A DNA stretch of 64,000 nucleotides from an uncultured Gammaproteobacteria bacterium (lineage in GTDB: Bacteria > Patescibacteriota > Microgenomatia > UBA1406 > GWC2-37-13), in assembly GCA_964566425.1 (NCBI GenBank), contig CAZMIL010000003.1:1203-65202 (forward strand), in the 5' to 3' direction. Below the pieces are notes generated by a model that was given only the letters and a program-made list of their open reading frames with translations, made no database searches and had not been told where the DNA came from. Positions within the stretch are counted from its first letter, which is position 1; each line of letters starts with the position of its first letter. Below, piece by piece: positions 59,885-64,000 of this stretch. The translations under genes were made by a program, and so were the position numbers.

Positions 59885-61453
59885 TTATTTGTTCCTTTGA
59901 AAGATTAACACCTTAGGGTGGTCGTAGACGGTGAATGACTCGTCGGCCGAGTCATCGGGAATTTGTAATTTCCAACTACCAATTTGCAAGCGAGGGTAAT
60001 CGGTGAATTCCGCCACTTTTTTGAAGCCTAATTGTCCAATAAAAAGTTTCTTATAGTATTGTGCGGTTAACGGATAACAGAGTCTGAATTTTCGACAATC
60101 GGCCAGTTTTTGCAATGGGACATAAAGCCGATTGGAGGAAAGAATGATGAAATCGCTTTGTTGCAGTTTTTGATTGAGAATGTTCCATTTTTGTCGGTTG
60201 TCCGGTTGATCATAAAGACTCATGATTACGGTCTTGTAATTTTCCGCGCCAACTAAAGGCAAAGAGTCATCCCAATGTTCAACTGCTAGAGTTGCACCCG
60301 CCGGAATATTCTGTTGGATCCATTTGGTTGCGGTGACCCTGGTGTGTTGTTGAGAATAGATGCTCATAAACATTGCCGTCCAAATAAAAATTGCCAACAA
60401 GACAGAGATAAGGACAAATTTCCTAATAGTAAGTTTAGCTAAAGCATAGCCTGCCATAAGCGCTAAAAAGGGGTAAATTGGCAGCATATAGCGCATGAAT
60501 TTTACCGCCGAGCGGCCAATGAGCAAAAAATAATAGATAGCAAACAGGGAAGAGTAGAAAAAGAGTTTATATTTCTCCCTCTCTTTAAGCGACAAGAAAA
60601 TTCCCAGCAAGGTAAAAATTGATAGCAAAGGGCCCAGTCCCCACCAGAAAATATTCTTGAGGTAATAATAATAGGGAATAGTTCCTACGTACTGAAGAGT
60701 GTAAGGGAAAGTATAAGGATCGCTGTTGAGCTTTAATTGCTGGAAAATATCCGACAGGTACTTTTGCCAATCTAGATAGGCAAAGGGCATAGAGATGAAA
60801 CTCAACAGCAGGAATGAGGCAGAAACCAGTAGAAGTTCGGAGATAAGAACTTTAGATTGCCTGAAGCGCTTAATAATTATTGTTAAACCGACAAAAGGAA
60901 TAAAAATAACCGCTGTAAATTTGGATGTTACTGCTGTTGCCAGAATGACTCCCAGCAAAAAGACTTTTTTTAGATTTGGTTTCTGCAAATATAACAGCCA
61001 GACATAGAGTAGAATAGTTAGGAAAAAAGTCAGGAAAGTATCGACGATGAAAAAATGAGCATTCTGGATCGTAAAAAAAGAAATAGCATAAACGAGAGCT
61101 GAAAACAGAGCAATTTTTTTATCTCTAAAAATTAATTTGGCGATTAACCAGATAAAATAGACTGTTAAAATATCAACCCCGCTAGACAATAAACGACCGA
61201 GATACAGCATCCCGTCATAATTAGCAGTGTGTAAACCAAAGAGATCAACAAATTGGGCGATGCCTTTGAGTAAATAGATTGGCAGAGAGCCGTAATTGAA
61301 AAAATCAGGATTGAGTTTATCAAAAAAATGGATTTTGTCGGCGACCATAATCAACTGCCGTTCATCGGGGTGTAAATGAAAACCTTGATCCCAATTTATT
61401 CCGTACAAACGTACCCCCAAAGCTAAAAGGAGAATGGTTGTTATTCCCAGCAT
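59885..61453 (-). CDS. GT-C membrane glycosyltransferase (GT39/ArnT/PMT_2-like)
   Basis: 522 aa, about 12 TM, with first-loop motif FHLHPDERQ. Confidence 0.6.
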   Translation of the reverse strand: MLGITTILLLALGVRLYGINWDQGFHLHPDERQLIMVADKIHFFDKLNPDFFNYGSLPIYLLKGIAQFVDLFGLHTANYDGMLYLGRLLSSGVDILTVYFIWLIAKLIFRDKKIALFSALVYAISFFTIQNAHFFIVDTFLTFFLTILLYVWLLYLQKPNLKKVFLLGVILATAVTSKFTAVIFIPFVGLTIIIKRFRQSKVLISELLLVSASFLLLSFISMPFAYLDWQKYLSDIFQQLKLNSDPYTFPYTLQYVGTIPYYYYLKNIFWWGLGPLLSIFTLLGIFLSLKEREKYKLFFYSSLFAIYYFLLIGRSAVKFMRYMLPIYPFLALMAGYALAKLTIRKFVLISVLLAIFIWTAMFMSIYSQQHTRVTATKWIQQNIPAGATLAVEHWDDSLPLVGAENYKTVIMSLYDQPDNRQKWNILNQKLQQSDFIILSSNRLYVPLQKLADCRKFRLCYPLTAQYYKKLFIGQLGFKKVAEFTDYPRLQIGSWKLQIPDDSADESFTVYDHPKVLIFQRNK

Positions 61454-61459
61454 TTCAAC

Positions 61460-61465
61460 TATAAT
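61460..61465 (+). promoter_or_regulatory. -10 box TATAAT, 6 nt before ATG 61472 (leaderless-type)
   Basis: The sequence reads actataat-aatagc-ATG. The whole divergent intergenic region is only 18 nt. Confidence 0.45.
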
Positions 61466-61471
61466 AATAGC

Positions 61472-62293
61472 ATGCTGCCCGTTTTTCTTGATCTGAAAGT
61501 CCTCAAGATTTATACTTTTGGGATCTTTTTGATCTTGGCTTTTTTTTGGGGAAGTTATTTGCTGTGGAAAAATTTTTTACTCACCGCTCATAAAGAAGAG
61601 GAAGTTTTTGACGGTTTGTTTATCAGTTTGGCGGTAGGTTTATTTAGCAGTCGTTTACTCTACGTTATTCTGCATTTTACTGATTTTGGGATCAGTTTTT
61701 TTAAATTCATTTTGATCAACGGTTATCCTGGTTTATCCCTTTATGGCTTTTTCGCGGGTTTCATTTTCGGGCTTTATTTATTTTTTTTGAGCAAGAAAGT
61801 AAAGTTGCAGGAAGTCCTGGACTATTTTGTTCCTTCTGCTTTTCTGGCTCTGGCTCTGGCCGAAATCGGAGTCTTTTTTTCCGGCCCGGAAACAAAGTTG
61901 CCGGTAGATAAAACATGGTTAAACTTCCTGCCGTTGGCCGAATCACTGTTTTTTTTCTTGGGGGCTTTTTGGAGTTATCGAATTCTCTACGCGGTCAGAA
62001 GAGAAAAATATTTTAAAGGTTTTAATGCTTGGTTTTTCTTTTGGTACTACAGCATAATCAGAGCGATTGCCGATTTTCTAGTTGGCGGAAAGGCAGCCGT
62101 TTTAGCCGTGGATTTTAATCTTATTCTTTCTTTTGTTTTACTCTTGACAACGAGTTTTTATTTTTTATATTATTTCAGAAGTCTTGTTTTTGGGGGATTT
62201 CTAACAATTACCAGACAAGCATTCAAAAGAAATGGCAAAAAAAATCACAAAAGCGCTCATCAAGGGGTACAAGGAACGACTAGAAAAAGATAG
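61472..62293 (+). CDS. Polytopic membrane protein, weakly Lgt-like
   Basis: 273 aa with 7-8 TM. The N-terminal layout recalls prolipoprotein diacylglyceryl transferase, but I do not see the GRxGNF motif. Confidence 0.55.
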   Translation: MLPVFLDLKVLKIYTFGIFLILAFFWGSYLLWKNFLLTAHKEEEVFDGLFISLAVGLFSSRLLYVILHFTDFGISFFKFILINGYPGLSLYGFFAGFIFGLYLFFLSKKVKLQEVLDYFVPSAFLALALAEIGVFFSGPETKLPVDKTWLNFLPLAESLFFFLGAFWSYRILYAVRREKYFKGFNAWFFFWYYSIIRAIADFLVGGKAAVLAVDFNLILSFVLLLTTSFYFLYYFRSLVFGGFLTITRQAFKRNGKKNHKSAHQGVQGTTRKR

Positions 62294-62597
62294 GCGCGAA
62301 CTTCTACAACAAATGGATGAACTAGCTAGGGGAGACCCATTTTCCGATCCGGATCACGCTTCTGATAACGCTGCTATTGATACCGATGTGCGTGAACAAA
62401 TGGGCCACGATACAATTGTAGCGCAACTTAAGGACTTGAAGATGCGACTCAAAGATATTGACTTAGCTTTGGAAAAAATAAAAAAAAATAGATACGGTTT
62501 TTGTGAGAAATGCGGTAAAGAAATCTCATTGGCGCGGCTGAAACTGATCCCGGAAGCCCGCTATTGTGTAGACGACGAGAAAAAGCTCTTCAGCTAG
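62232..62597 (+). CDS. DksA/TraR-family C4 zinc-finger protein
   Basis: YGFCEKCGKEISLARLKLIPEARYCVDDE. It overlaps the upstream gene by 62 nt. Confidence 0.75.
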   Translation: MAKKITKALIKGYKERLEKDRRELLQQMDELARGDPFSDPDHASDNAAIDTDVREQMGHDTIVAQLKDLKMRLKDIDLALEKIKKNRYGFCEKCGKEISLARLKLIPEARYCVDDEKKLFS

Positions 62598-62713
62598 CGT
62601 CTCACGGTTTTTGCCACTAATTGAGAGTTGATTTTTTCAGTGTTATCATTGATAAATGAGCACCCCAAGCTCTTAAAACAGGAGGAGAATTTTCTTCAAA
62701 TTTAGCCTTTGGA

Positions 62714-63472
62714 ATGGCTGGTGGCGTCAAGGCAGAAGAAGGGAAAGGGATACAGGAGCTTTATAATCTAGTAGATAAGAGCAAAACTTTAGATGAGTTT
62801 GCCAATATGGTAAGAAATATCCCTCTTCCTAAAAAATTTAATCTCCAAGACTTTTTTAATAGGGCTAAATCTCTACAATCATCTAATTTTCCCGTAAATA
62901 AACCCATAGAAAATATACAAACATTATCAAGACAATTACCCCAAGTAAAAATTGCGCAGGCGAAAGGGGACAATTTTCAGTACACAGAGTCTCAAATTCC
63001 ATCTAGTAATAGTATACCAAATTTTAGTAATATAGGTAAAGAAGAAAGGCTAAATTTTATAAAAAATAGAAATGTTAGGATTGGCCAAACCAGTCAACTT
63101 GCGACGGATATAGAAAATCTTATTCCAGATAGAACACAACGGGAGGCAATTCCTTTTTATCGGGAAATCAAAAATAATCCAACTTTAGCTAAAAATTTAC
63201 AAGCTGAATTAAATAATCCAACCTCGCCTTTTGCCAGGTACTTTCCACAAATTAAACAAGCCTTAAATCCAACTCCACAAATTAAACAAGCCGACCAACT
63301 TTTAGAACAATACTTTAATCAAAGAGGAGTAGAAGGACTTAAATTGGGTTACCTTAAAAATAATATCAACGATTATATTAACCGTATTTATGAAAAAGGA
63401 CAGTCAACGGAAGGGATGCAAACACCAATTGCACGATCTTCAGTTTCAAGGAGAACTCCACGCTTAATTTAG
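62714..63472 (+). CDS. Hypothetical protein (AT-rich, N/Q/K-rich)
   Basis: 252-aa ORF from the track. No family recognised. Confidence 0.5.
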   Translation: MAGGVKAEEGKGIQELYNLVDKSKTLDEFANMVRNIPLPKKFNLQDFFNRAKSLQSSNFPVNKPIENIQTLSRQLPQVKIAQAKGDNFQYTESQIPSSNSIPNFSNIGKEERLNFIKNRNVRIGQTSQLATDIENLIPDRTQREAIPFYREIKNNPTLAKNLQAELNNPTSPFARYFPQIKQALNPTPQIKQADQLLEQYFNQRGVEGLKLGYLKNNINDYINRIYEKGQSTEGMQTPIARSSVSRRTPRLI

Positions 63473-63474
63473 CT

Positions 63475-63840
63475 GTGACATTCGATAAAATAGGTGATAT
63501 AGTTAATGCAAAAAAATATTACCTAGAGCAAATCAATAATTTTAGATTATCGAGCAAGGAATTTAACTTTGTAAGTGAGAGACTTTCTCTAATGTTAATC
63601 CTTAACAAAGATAAAACGACAGTAAAATTTATTAAAGACGCGATTAAAAAAAATCCAAATTCAGGTAATTTATGGGTGTTACTTGCATTTGCAGAGTTAA
63701 ATGATAAAAATCATAAAGAGGCATTAGAAGCAGCTGAAATAGCAAAAAAATTACAGCCAAATGAAGACAATAGAACTTTATACAATCTTATTTATAATCG
63801 AGCGCCAGTGATTTTAAATAAACCTCAGTCTCAATTCTAA
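63475..63840 (+). CDS. TPR-like repeat protein
   Basis: 121 aa with a GTG start 2 nt after the upstream stop. NPNSGNLWVLLAFAELNDKNHKEALEAAEIAKKLQP is TPR-like. Confidence 0.5.
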   Translation: MTFDKIGDIVNAKKYYLEQINNFRLSSKEFNFVSERLSLMLILNKDKTTVKFIKDAIKKNPNSGNLWVLLAFAELNDKNHKEALEAAEIAKKLQPNEDNRTLYNLIYNRAPVILNKPQSQF

Positions 63841-64000
63841 TATCATATCGACAGATCCTGGTTACATGCTTGATAAGCTTGTAAGACATCAATACTATTA
63901 TCGATATTTTTGATGACAAGGTTTTTGATCTGAATACGCGTATTCAGCGTTTGGAAAAAGATAAAAGCTGGTCTTGAACTGCATCGACCTATCGGTCTGT

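Noticed and set aside
62232-62293. The 62-nt overlap of the Lgt-like and DksA-like genes, with an A8 run (about 62236-62243), as a programmed frameshift or sequencing error
   Set aside because: Both ORFs are complete on their own. The DksA-like protein has a normal N-terminus, and the extra tail of the upstream protein is basic low complexity. There is no evidence of a fused product.
62640-62713. A TGtTATCAT-N6-ATG leaderless-type signal (about 62645-62659) giving only a 6-codon ORF (MSTPSS*), followed by AGGAGGAG about 25 nt before the 252-aa ORF
   Set aside because: My hand count in lines 62641-62760 disagrees by 1 nt with the ORF-track frame, so I do not trust the coordinates. The SD is too far from ATG 62714 to be functional. 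It is left as an unconfirmed curiosity.
63941-63958. Perfect 18-nt palindrome ctgaatacgcgtattcag near the right edge
   Set aside because: It is isolated and too close to the window end to interpret. It may lie inside a CDS that continues beyond the window.
1-64000. CRISPR arrays, rRNA genes, transposases, integrases and reverse transcriptases
   Set aside because: I saw no regularly spaced direct repeats, no rRNA-like conserved blocks, and no DDE, tyrosine/serine-recombinase or RT motifs in any listed ORF.

Overview
This is a 64 kb, gene-dense, low-GC bacterial segment; typical 60-nt lines count about 35-42% G+C by hand. The gene content suggests a small-genome Patescibacteria/CPR-like organism, which is inference only. 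That content is many small secreted or membrane hypotheticals, cohesin/dockerin/FN3 surface proteins, tandem GH130, an LCP protein, GT-C-type glycosyltransferases and almost no biosynthesis, with the standard code and TGA stops. I call about 80 CDS and 5 tRNAs (Ser-GCU, Leu-CAG, Arg-GCG, Trp-CCA, Leu-CAA). I see no rRNA, CRISPR array, transposase or integrase. Housekeeping anchors are pth, def, rpmB, ychF, a TrmH-like methylase, DksA/TraR and a Ni-superoxide dismutase. Items worth a second look: (1) A ~2.2 kb island of 58-68% GC at ~48.4-50.6 kb encodes three family-less membrane/secreted ORFs driven by Shine-Dalgarno sites, and is bordered by dense hairpin clusters. (2) A five-gene minus-strand surface operon (33.4-37.9 kb) resembles Firmicutes WxL/DUF916 (Csc) clusters and is fused to a cohesin/dockerin pair. 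A second dockerin-cohesin pair lies at 25.1-27.7 kb. (3) A very regular TATAAT-N6-ATG (leaderless) start architecture recurs at 10 or more genes. (4) Short GTCATYCYGA-anchored palindromic modules occur in UTRs and also in frame inside ychF and a 920-aa membrane gene. (5) An ArsR-YHS metal-sensing cluster carries two unannotated small ORFs. (6) A ~175-nt leader precedes an Rpf/SLT-like gene. (7) The tRNA-Arg has anticodon GCG. Coordinates of my own calls (tRNAs, hairpins, boxes, sORFs) were counted by hand and may be off by 1-2 nt.
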